Below, in pieces: positions 9,900 to 17,469 of a DNA stretch of 64,000 bases. The translations under genes were made by a program, and so were the position numbers. The notes below the pieces were generated by a model. That model was not told the DNA's origin. It ran no database searches and saw nothing but the letters and a program-made list of their open reading frames with translations. The DNA lies in the IMG/VR virus record IMGVR_UViG_3300042892_005961, positions 1 through 64,000 of that record, one strand, 5' to 3'. Each line of letters opens with the position of its first letter. Positions within the stretch are counted from its first letter, which is position 1.

Positions 9900-10311
9900 T
9901 TATTTTATCTCCTTGTTGGATCATATCTATAACATCTAAACCATCAATAACTTTACCAAAACAAGTATGATTTCTATCTAAATGTTGTGTTCCTTGTCTA
10001 CTATGACAAATAAAAAATTGTGATCCACCTGTGTTTCTTCCAGCGTGTGCCATTGATAATACTCCTTTATCGTGGTATTGTTTTTCGGCTGTAACTTCAC
10101 AAGGAATGTTATACCCAGGTCCACCAGATCCTGTTCCGTTTGGACATCCACCTTGAATTACAAAGTTTGGTAACACTCTATGGAAATTTAATCCGTTATA
10201 AAATCCTTCACTGATTAATTTTTTAAAGTTATTTGTTGTGATTGGTGTTTCGTTGTCGTATAACTCTACGATCATGTCACCTTTACCTGTTGAAATTTTT
10301 ACTTGACTCAT
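9880..10311 (-). CDS. cyclophilin-type peptidyl-prolyl cis-trans isomerase
   Basis: FYNGLNFHRV, FVIQGG, LSMAHAG, GSQFFI, HLDRNHTCFGKV. Confidence 0.95.
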   Translation of the reverse strand: MSQVKISTGKGDMIVELYDNETPITTNNFKKLISEGFYNGLNFHRVLPNFVIQGGCPNGTGSGGPGYNIPCEVTAEKQYHDKGVLSMAHAGRNTGGSQFFICHSRQGTQHLDRNHTCFGKVIDGLDVIDMIQQGDKINEISIL

Positions 10312-11474
10312 ACTGTTTTATTTATTAATAGATTTATTTCTTTTGTTTTATCTGAATAAATGTATTCCTCTAATTTTATTTTATTTAGTTTACTTTTTTC
10401 GTAGGTTCTATTGAATAGGTCATCTAATTGTTTATCGGACGCATTTTTTAAAAAGTCACAAAACTTTTCATAATTTTCATATCCATATTTACCAAACTCT
10501 TCATTTAAAAAATAAAATCCATAATTTTTTAACACATCATAAACCTCTTCTTGTAATAGAACATAAGCCGGTGTTGCCACTATTAAAGATTTGATTGTTT
10601 TCTCACTAAAGAACTTACATGTTTGTATGTGTTCTTCTCCTGTGTTAGGTTTTAATAATGGTAATGTTTCGGTAACTAAATTAAACTTACATGAATTATA
10701 ATCAATTACAAATGGAGTGTGATAATAGTTGTAGTTGTTAAAATACCAAAAGTAATCCTCATCGGTATATGACTTCTCATAAATTTTACCAGTTTCTAAT
10801 GCTTCATTAATTGATTCTGTCCTATGTCTATTCTGTGTTTTAGAATACAAGAATACTTTATTTTTTCTATTTGCAATTTCAATAATGTGATCTCCCTTTT
10901 GAAAATAACAAAATCCTAATTTTGTGTAGAAATATGTGAATGAATATTTGTAATCTAAAATGAATTTAGTTGGGTTATTGATTGGGAACTTTGAATTTCC
11001 GTGAATATGATTCTTATCTCTTTCTAAAATATTTGTACAAGCAAAGAAATACTTAATTTTTTTATACTCATTTAAATTATGTGGTTCATCATCAAAAACG
11101 ATCTCCGACATATTATTAACTAACGAATAATCAAAATTAAGTAGGTCGTTATTTTCAAAATACATAACTAACTCACGAGTTTCTCTAAACTTCCACATTA
11201 CAAAATGAACGTAGTTATTAACTATAAGTTCATTTATGTATTCAATTACTTTATCTTTATTATCTGTTGTAAAATATACAAAATAAACATCAAACTTTTT
11301 TGAATACGATATTACGTAATTCTTAGATACCGACACCTTTTCATTATCGGAAGCCAAATAATAAACCCAATACATTGCAAAATCAGATATTAAACAAGAT
11401 ATGATCTTCTTATCTCTGATATCACTTAAATTAAGTTTATCATTTAGATGTTCGTATTTTTTTAGTAAGTCCAA
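10308..11474 (-). CDS. hypothetical protein, possible glycosyltransferase-like C-terminal domain
   Basis: FNLVTET...FFSEKTIK motif reminiscent of GT10-like proteins. Confidence 0.4.
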   Translation of the reverse strand: MDLLKKYEHLNDKLNLSDIRDKKIISCLISDFAMYWVYYLASDNEKVSVSKNYVISYSKKFDVYFVYFTTDNKDKVIEYINELIVNNYVHFVMWKFRETRELVMYFENNDLLNFDYSLVNNMSEIVFDDEPHNLNEYKKIKYFFACTNILERDKNHIHGNSKFPINNPTKFILDYKYSFTYFYTKLGFCYFQKGDHIIEIANRKNKVFLYSKTQNRHRTESINEALETGKIYEKSYTDEDYFWYFNNYNYYHTPFVIDYNSCKFNLVTETLPLLKPNTGEEHIQTCKFFSEKTIKSLIVATPAYVLLQEEVYDVLKNYGFYFLNEEFGKYGYENYEKFCDFLKNASDKQLDDLFNRTYEKSKLNKIKLEEYIYSDKTKEINLLINKTV

Positions 11475-11477
11475 TAA

Positions 11478-12023
11478 TTAAGATTTATATAATCTATTAT
11501 TATTATAAAAAGCCACAGGGTTTGTTTCTGCAATCAAACCATATTCTTTCTTTACATTTTCATGTATAAGTTCTTTGTCTTCGTTAATATGTTTTGCTAT
11601 AATATTACAAAATCCATAATTAGATTCGTCAACAATTTCTTGACTCATACCAGGTAAACCACAATAGTTTGCCTCACCTACTTCACTGATGAACATACCA
11701 GAATAAAATCCTTTTAATCCAAATACATCAACAAATTTATCGGCATTACACCAAATATAAACATTGTTTTGTTTTTGTTTTAAATAAGGGATCATAGATT
11801 GATCTATGATATATGCTCCCACATTTTTGAATTGTCCCACCGCAAATAATCCAGCAGGACTGCCGTGACCCATCATCATTATACGATCATGTTCATCAAT
11901 TAATCTAATTAAATCACCTTTAGATACTCCACCAGTTATTAATGTTTTATCTTGGACTGATTCATACACAATATCTAAGAACGATGTACTCGGGTCTGCC
12001 GGATGTATAATTAATGTTTTCAT
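11478..12023 (-). CDS. hypothetical protein, possible caspase/gingipain-fold His-Cys peptidase
   Basis: MMMGHGS and YIWCNA motifs. Confidence 0.35.
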   Translation of the reverse strand: MKTLIIHPADPSTSFLDIVYESVQDKTLITGGVSKGDLIRLIDEHDRIMMMGHGSPAGLFAVGQFKNVGAYIIDQSMIPYLKQKQNNVYIWCNADKFVDVFGLKGFYSGMFISEVGEANYCGLPGMSQEIVDESNYGFCNIIAKHINEDKELIHENVKKEYGLIAETNPVAFYNNNRLYKS

Positions 12024-12024
12024 A

Positions 12025-12423
12025 TTATTTTGTTATTCCTATTTTGTCATAAACGTTGTGAACTAACATACGATAATGTTCTTCGTTCTGATATCTATCG
12101 TGATATTTTTCAATTGAATGGATAACGGTTGTGTGATCTCTACCCCCAACAAATTCTCCAATTTTTTTTAATGAATATCCAAAATGTTCTTTCATAATGC
12201 CACAGAATATAAAACGACCGTTAATTACTTCTCTTTTTCGTGTTCTATCGGCAATATCACTTACCTTAATACAACATTCTTCGGCAATAATTTCTAAAAT
12301 CTCATCTTTAGATATACGATACCTTAAAGATCTTTGATTGTTTTTAAAATTCTCTCTTTCTCGTTGTGTTAGTTTTAATCCAGGAAAAACATAAGGATTA
12401 ACACATGTAGTTTTTTTACCCAT
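12025..12423 (-). CDS. stand-alone DnaA C-terminal (domain IV) DNA-binding protein
   Basis: SLKKIGEFVGGRDHTTVIHS matches the DnaA signature; no AAA+ domain. Confidence 0.85.
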   Translation of the reverse strand: MGKKTTCVNPYVFPGLKLTQRERENFKNNQRSLRYRISKDEILEIIAEECCIKVSDIADRTRKREVINGRFIFCGIMKEHFGYSLKKIGEFVGGRDHTTVIHSIEKYHDRYQNEEHYRMLVHNVYDKIGITK

Positions 12424-12440
12424 ATTTTTAATTTAGACTA

Positions 12441-12471
12441 CAAAGATAGTGTATTTTTGGAATATACCAAA
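12441..12471 (-). promoter_or_regulatory. Bacteroidota-type promoter (TTTG-N19-TATCTTTG)
   Basis: Consensus match upstream of the DnaA domain IV gene. Confidence 0.7.
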
Positions 12472-12477
12472 AATATT

Positions 12478-12711
12478 TTAGAAATTTCCAAATAAAAATT
12501 GGTGGATAGTTTGGGGGATACGAGTTGCCATTCTAACCTCTCCTTTCTCGTTTTCTACGGGTATATGAGGTAATTTTTTAATATAATCTTTTATGTATTT
12601 AGGACCTTTTCTTAGTCTATCAACGATTTTTTCTCTATCGTACAACTTTTCTCTGTCCCAATCACTCTCTATTAAACGGGTATACTGACTTTCAGTTAAC
12701 ATAACTTTCAT
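12478..12711 (-). CDS. hypothetical late protein (MKVMLTESQY leader)
   Basis: ATG at 12711 follows TATTTAT at 12717-12723. Confidence 0.65.
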   Translation of the reverse strand: MKVMLTESQYTRLIESDWDREKLYDREKIVDRLRKGPKYIKDYIKKLPHIPVENEKGEVRMATRIPQTIHQFLFGNF

Positions 12712-12724
12712 AATCAATAAATAT

Positions 12725-12922
12725 CTACCTGTATCCCTTTTTTAACTCCTCCCTTATTTTATCCTCAGTATCCTTTATTTTACTCGTTAAAGTGGTAACC
12801 CTAACACTTCTACCCCATTTACCCATATTACCTGAAGGTTGGAACTCCACTTCCCAATAGTGGAGATCCTCCTTAAGTTTCTTTAACTTCTGTTGTAGTT
12901 TATCTATCTTAACTGCGTTCAC
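12725..12922 (-). CDS. hypothetical coiled-coil protein
   Basis: 3' part of ORF 12725..13039; a GTG start at 12922 avoids a long overlap. Confidence 0.5.
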   Translation of the reverse strand: MNAVKIDKLQQKLKKLKEDLHYWEVEFQPSGNMGKWGRSVRVTTLTSKIKDTEDKIREELKKGYR

Positions 12923-13964
12923 GGGGTGTTCTAATTTCAGTTCTTGATGACCATTGCATTCTATCAATTGTACTTTCGGGTTGTTCGGGTTGATACGATA
13001 TTGTTGGTCCCTCTTCCTCCGTTTCATCACCTCTCTCATCGTAAAATGGTAATTCAGGTTGTTCCATTACTGATTCTTCTATTGGTTCACTTACTTCAAT
13101 CTCTTCTTGTGCTCTTCTTACTGCCGATGCTACTCTCTCACTAATTGCAGCCTTTCTTCCACTTACCAACTCTTTCTTTTTTTGATCTCCACTCAACATT
13201 GCCGTGTTTGATTTAACCTTTGGATCTTTAACATAATCACGAATAAAACCAATTAATTCTAACGGTAAATTAGAATCAGTTGAATCAATACGAGTATCTT
13301 TTTGATTCCAATATGAAAATTCAGGTTCGTTTTTATCTAATGAATAAAATGCGGCAACCTTATAACCAGTCTTCTTATTGATACAATAAACTAACACACC
13401 TCTCTTAGCATATTTGTTATAGTATTCTTGATTGTGTTCTGTTGTTGTGCACCATTTAGTATTTGCACCATACTTACAAGATGATTTGAATGTTAAAGGT
13501 CTAATTAATAACCACTCAGCATCTTCATGTATTTTAATAACTTGTGTTTCTAATTCTTTCTCTTCTGATTTCATTTCAGCAACTCCCATTGCCGCAATCA
13601 TCTGTTCAAATGATTTGTATTTTGTTAAATCATTTTCTTCAATTAAATTTCTTTCGTTGTATTCACAGAACTTTCTATACTTCTGTAAATCTTCTGTATT
13701 AAAAAATCCATCAATAAATTTATATAATAACATCATTTGGATATCACTCATCAAGTCTAACTTACTTTTTTCTATAAATGGAAACTTATCAACTAAGAAC
13801 AATTTAATTTCTTTGGTGTGTTCTTTTAGATTTGGTGTGTTCTTCATCATACGAAGTAATGTCTCCGTATATTTTGATTTACCTTCAGGACTAAACATTT
13901 CTAAAATAGAAACAATGTTTAAGTTGTGATCTTCATTAGTTCTTAAGTCTTTAATTCTCGACAT
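12909..13964 (-). CDS. hypothetical phage protein (PcfJ-like domain, acidic tail)
   Basis: WLLIRPLT..SSCKYGANTKWCTT motif. Confidence 0.55.
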   Translation of the reverse strand: MSRIKDLRTNEDHNLNIVSILEMFSPEGKSKYTETLLRMMKNTPNLKEHTKEIKLFLVDKFPFIEKSKLDLMSDIQMMLLYKFIDGFFNTEDLQKYRKFCEYNERNLIEENDLTKYKSFEQMIAAMGVAEMKSEEKELETQVIKIHEDAEWLLIRPLTFKSSCKYGANTKWCTTTEHNQEYYNKYAKRGVLVYCINKKTGYKVAAFYSLDKNEPEFSYWNQKDTRIDSTDSNLPLELIGFIRDYVKDPKVKSNTAMLSGDQKKKELVSGRKAAISERVASAVRRAQEEIEVSEPIEESVMEQPELPFYDERGDETEEEGPTISYQPEQPESTIDRMQWSSRTEIRTPRERS

Positions 13965-14015
13965 GGTGTATTGTTTTATTCTAAAATATAAATATTTTAA
14001 TTGGTAATTCCAAAT

Positions 14016-14261
14016 TTAGTCCATTAATTCATCCACAGAAATATTATGTTCTTTTAATATTTCATAAATCTTATCAAATACTAACTCTAACGCATCATAT
14101 TTGTCTAACTCTTTACCCTCCATTGACCATTCCAATCCTTTCTTTGTGTTGTGTGTGATATCCCACAATGCGATTGCCATATCAAGGGATTTAACCGCTC
14201 TTAAATGTGCCATTTTATCGTCGTGATCATTTAAATCAAACTCTAATGTTGCCTTTGCCAT
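14016..14261 (-). CDS. hypothetical protein (MAKATLEFDLND)
   Basis: ATG at 14261 directly follows the upstream stop. Confidence 0.65.
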   Translation of the reverse strand: MAKATLEFDLNDHDDKMAHLRAVKSLDMAIALWDITHNTKKGLEWSMEGKELDKYDALELVFDKIYEILKEHNISVDELMD

Positions 14262-14262
14262 A

Positions 14263-14412
14263 TTATTTCTTTTTAGTTTTTTCTTCAACAATCTCTCTCT
14301 TAAAGATAAAGATGTTTTGATTTATACATACTAGTTCCCAACCTTCTTGACCTAAGGTGTTAAGATGTTCGGTAGTTTGTAATGGTCTTGATAGGTATTC
14401 GTATTTTTTCAT
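14263..14412 (-). CDS. DUF4177-like small protein (49 aa)
   Basis: Hand-translated MRKYEYL...LNTLGQEGWELV...FIFKRE. Confidence 0.7.
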   Translation of the reverse strand: MKKYEYLSRPLQTTEHLNTLGQEGWELVCINQNIFIFKREIVEEKTKKK

Positions 14413-14413
14413 A

Positions 14414-14665
14414 TTAAACGTTTGGGTATTTCATAAACCATTGAGTGAATTTATATAACAACTGAATCGTAGCAACAACAATAAACATTGGTGCTGTTAC
14501 AAACCAACTCAATGAAAAGAATAGATACGCTTCTGCATTATTTTTATAATCATCATAGTCAGGTTCGTGTGGTGGATCGTAATCAATCTCCATTTTCTTA
14601 CCGAATAACTTTAAAAATGTTAGTGTTAGAATAAATCCAACAACATAAATTAAAAAGAATATCAT
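14414..14665 (-). CDS. small membrane protein
   Basis: Two hydrophobic segments. Confidence 0.6.
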   Translation of the reverse strand: MIFFLIYVVGFILTLTFLKLFGKKMEIDYDPPHEPDYDDYKNNAEAYLFFSLSWFVTAPMFIVVATIQLLYKFTQWFMKYPNV

Positions 14666-14666
14666 A

Positions 14667-14855
14667 TTATCTACGATTTATTAAATTATAAATTGCGATG
14701 ACTGTAATCATCCCACATAAAATATAACTAAAATAACCGAAGAAAAAAAATGCAATTATAATCCATATCCAACCAACCCTTGCACGTGGATATGTTCCAT
14801 AAAATTCTAAATGAAGAACCAATTCTTTTCTGATAAAATATAATAACTTATCCAT
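14667..14855 (-). CDS. small membrane protein
   Basis: Hydrophobic C-terminal half. Confidence 0.55.
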   Translation of the reverse strand: MDKLLYFIRKELVLHLEFYGTYPRARVGWIWIIIAFFFFGYFSYILCGMITVIAIYNLINRR

Positions 14856-14973
14856 TATTTATATTTTTTTAGTTTACAATATTCATTGTGCATCCAAAAC
14901 TTTATTTGTAATCTTTTAAAAAACCCTTTAGTTTCGGTTAATAACGTTTCGTAATATAATATTTTCTTTTGGA

Positions 14974-15171
14974 TTAGTCTCTTTGCCATTTGTTTCTTTT
15001 TTCTCGTTTTAAAAATTCAACTCGATAACCAAATAGGTTAAAGGTTTTACGATATCCATATCTTATGGAAAATGGCACAAATCCGTGTTTGAAGGATCTA
15101 AAGGATAATCCATATCCAAAGATCCGGAACCAAAATATCTCTGGTCCTTTGTAGTAAGTTAGTGGTTTCAT
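14974..15171 (-). CDS. hypothetical protein
   Basis: 65-aa ORF tiling after the ferredoxin. Confidence 0.55.
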   Translation of the reverse strand: MKPLTYYKGPEIFWFRIFGYGLSFRSFKHGFVPFSIRYGYRKTFNLFGYRVEFLKREKRNKWQRD

Positions 15172-15173
15172 TT

Positions 15174-15488
15174 TTATCTAGGTTTGTAAGTTTGTCCGTA
15201 AAATTCATAGTTCTTGTTAACATATTCCAACTCACCGTCCTTGATTGCCCATTCTTCAGTTGGGTGGATAGCATCCACAGGACATTCAGGAAGACACGCA
15301 CCACAGTCAATACACACGTCTGGGTTGATATATAGTTGTTTTCCCACCTTCTCCTCATCAGTCAACGTAAGAGACTCTTTACCCATTTTATCGGGGTAAA
15401 TTGGACCGTTAATACAATCAACAGGACACACTTTTAAACATGATCCGTCAACACAACTAACGCACTTACTACCTATAATATAACTCAT
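15174..15488 (-). CDS. dicluster (7Fe/8Fe) ferredoxin
   Basis: CVSCVDGSCLKVCPVDCI and CIDCGACLPECPVDAI. Confidence 0.92.
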   Translation of the reverse strand: MSYIIGSKCVSCVDGSCLKVCPVDCINGPIYPDKMGKESLTLTDEEKVGKQLYINPDVCIDCGACLPECPVDAIHPTEEWAIKDGELEYVNKNYEFYGQTYKPR

Positions 15489-15492
15489 GGGA

Positions 15493-15524
15493 CAAAGATA
15501 TAAAATATATTTTGGAATATCAAA
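15493..15524 (-). promoter_or_regulatory. Bacteroidota-type promoter (TTTG-N20-TATCTTTG)
   Basis: 4 nt upstream of the ferredoxin ATG. Confidence 0.7.
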
Positions 15525-15532
15525 GAAAATAA

Positions 15533-15562
15533 TAAAAAAACCCCAAAGTATTTTTTGGGGTT
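15533..15562 (-). terminator. rho-independent terminator
   Basis: aaccccaaa/tttggggtt stem followed by a U-run on the minus strand. Confidence 0.7.
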
Positions 15563-15588
15563 CTAAATGTGTGTAAAATGTGTATAAC

Positions 15589-15798
15589 TTATTTCATTCC
15601 TAAAACTTCACCTGTTTTGATGTTAATAACGGCAAACTTACCATCATCACTCTTGGCAACCATAAACTGTTCACCACCCGTATTTTCAGTCATATCTTCT
15701 TCCTTTGCGATTGAATTCTCTTGATCCATCTCATTTGAGACAATATTTTCAACGATACGTTCTATATCTGATTGTTTAATTTTTACTACTTTTGACAT
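15589..15798 (-). CDS. hypothetical late protein (KVVKIKQSDIERIVE leader)
   Basis: TATTTAT at 15813-15819. Confidence 0.65.
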   Translation of the reverse strand: MSKVVKIKQSDIERIVENIVSNEMDQENSIAKEEDMTENTGGEQFMVAKSDDGKFAVINIKTGEVLGMK

Positions 15799-15821
15799 AA
15801 TCTTCTTTTTATATAAATACT

Positions 15822-16361
15822 TTATAACGATAAAAAGGTGGGTAGTACTAAATCCTTTTCAGATAATCTTTCTAAGTAACCACTCACCCTCCATTTAATA
15901 TTCAAAGTTGGGTCGTTGTATATTATCCCACCTTCACTTTCTTTGTTGTATGGGTTATCAACTTTATATTGGACTATTGTATTGTCACTTAACGCTGAGA
16001 ATCCGTGAGCACATCCTCTTGGTACGAACACTTGTTTGTTTTTCCCCCAACCAAGTTCAACCTCAACAACCTTACCATAACTTGGAGATTCCTTTCTAAT
16101 ATCAACGATAACGTCCAATACTCGTCCGGTGATACACGTAACAAGTTTAGCTTGTTCGTATCTACCTGTTTGAAAATGAAGTCCTCTAATCGTTCCTATA
16201 TGAGAATACGACATATTATCCTGAACGAACTCCACATCATAACCCACGTTATGGTTGAATATTTCTTTATTGTATGGTACCCCGAAGTACCCACGGTGAT
16301 CCACGAATGTATCGTAAGTTATTATATAACAACCTTCTATGTCTGTCTTGTTAAACTTCAT
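15822..16361 (-). CDS. rmlC: dTDP-4-dehydrorhamnose 3,5-epimerase
   Basis: DHRGYF, FVQDNMS, GTIRGLHFQ, QAKLV, VPRGCAHGF, YNDPTLNIKW. Confidence 0.93.
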   Translation of the reverse strand: MKFNKTDIEGCYIITYDTFVDHRGYFGVPYNKEIFNHNVGYDVEFVQDNMSYSHIGTIRGLHFQTGRYEQAKLVTCITGRVLDVIVDIRKESPSYGKVVEVELGWGKNKQVFVPRGCAHGFSALSDNTIVQYKVDNPYNKESEGGIIYNDPTLNIKWRVSGYLERLSEKDLVLPTFLSL

Positions 16362-16642
16362 TATTCGTGTCCTCCTAAATCAAAATTATCTTCCCAATCT
16401 TTTACTGATTTGGGTTTGCGTTTTCTGGTTTTTACAAATGGTTCTTCACTTTTAACCCCATCAAATTGTTTTGGATTTGGTTTTGGGGTAAATGTAATCT
16501 TAACCGCGTCCTTTTCTAACTTGGTTAATCTTTCTTCTAACCATCGTAGTCTATCGTTTGTTATCCCTATCTCCATCTTAAAAAAAATGACACCGGGTAC
16601 TACAACAAAAATCACTAATAAAATAACCACAAATAACATCAT
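16361..16642 (-). CDS. membrane-anchored hypothetical protein
   Basis: N-terminal transmembrane helix. Confidence 0.6.
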   Translation of the reverse strand: MMLFVVILLVIFVVVPGVIFFKMEIGITNDRLRWLEERLTKLEKDAVKITFTPKPNPKQFDGVKSEEPFVKTRKRKPKSVKDWEDNFDLGGHE

Positions 16643-16653
16643 ATAATATAATT

Positions 16654-16896
16654 TTAAATTTCAATAAAAATTGGTGTCTTTTCACCAACATAAGCATTCC
16701 ATGTGTTGTATTCCAAATACTCTATAGCATCAATCTCTTCCATCTCCTCATCTGTCATCAATATACCAATCATCTTATCACGATCATATACTAATCTCAT
16801 ACTATTTGGTTCAACACCAACTATTGCACCATCAAAACCATCTGCGGTTAAGAACTCCTCCTCAGGAAACATTTCAATTATTTCTTCTAAAGTCAT
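16654..16896 (-). CDS. hypothetical phage protein
   Basis: ADGFDGAIVG...AIEYLEYN...AYVGEKTPIF, a common small phage family pattern. Confidence 0.7.
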   Translation of the reverse strand: MTLEEIIEMFPEEEFLTADGFDGAIVGVEPNSMRLVYDRDKMIGILMTDEEMEEIDAIEYLEYNTWNAYVGEKTPIFIEI

Positions 16897-16931
16897 GATA
16901 TAATATAAATAAAAATTACGAAATAAAAAAA

Positions 16932-17162
16932 TTACTCGTAGATATTTCTTAATAATTTAAACGCGGCAATGTTTTCAGGTGACCATCCTGAAGGTGACTG
17001 ATGATTATCTAAATCGTTCTCATAATCGTATAAAGTTTGACGACTAAACCACCCTGGTGATGAATCTATTGATCCTATTTGATAAACATACCCCTCAAAG
17101 ATAAATTTTATTGATCCATCAATATCTTCTTCAAAACTTGCGTCATTGTTAATCATTTTCAT
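16932..17162 (-). CDS. hypothetical protein
   Basis: 76-aa ORF. Confidence 0.55.
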   Translation of the reverse strand: MKMINNDASFEEDIDGSIKFIFEGYVYQIGSIDSSPGWFSRQTLYDYENDLDNHQSPSGWSPENIAAFKLLRNIYE

Positions 17163-17173
17163 AATATAATATT

Positions 17174-17440
17174 TTAAAACGGCATTTCTTCCCCGTTTTC
17201 GTCATAGTGGATTGGATCAACGTGATTGGCCCTTACTTCCTCACACTCTCTTAGATATTCTTGGTATTCAAGGTCTTCTTCTTTTTTGTAATCAAAGGTT
17301 CTAACAACCCAATCATACCATTCCATTTGATTAAAATGATCGGCTACCTGTTCTAAATCCCATATCTTTTCATACCCCCATTTATGAAGGTACTCTTGTA
17401 GAGTAAGTTTACCTGCAAAAAATTTGAAGTCACTATTCAT
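17174..17440 (-). CDS. hypothetical protein, N-terminal FKFF motif
   Basis: Starts MNSDFKFFAG. Confidence 0.65.
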   Translation of the reverse strand: MNSDFKFFAGKLTLQEYLHKWGYEKIWDLEQVADHFNQMEWYDWVVRTFDYKKEEDLEYQEYLRECEEVRANHVDPIHYDENGEEMPF

Positions 17441-17469
17441 ATATTGAAATATAAGAAAATAAATTGGGA

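Noticed and set aside
13432-13929. Longer antisense ORFs (also 16005..16646, 22187..22663, 46466..46939, 61370..61699)
   Set aside because: They lie opposite well-supported genes, have no recognisable motifs and show antisense-type composition.
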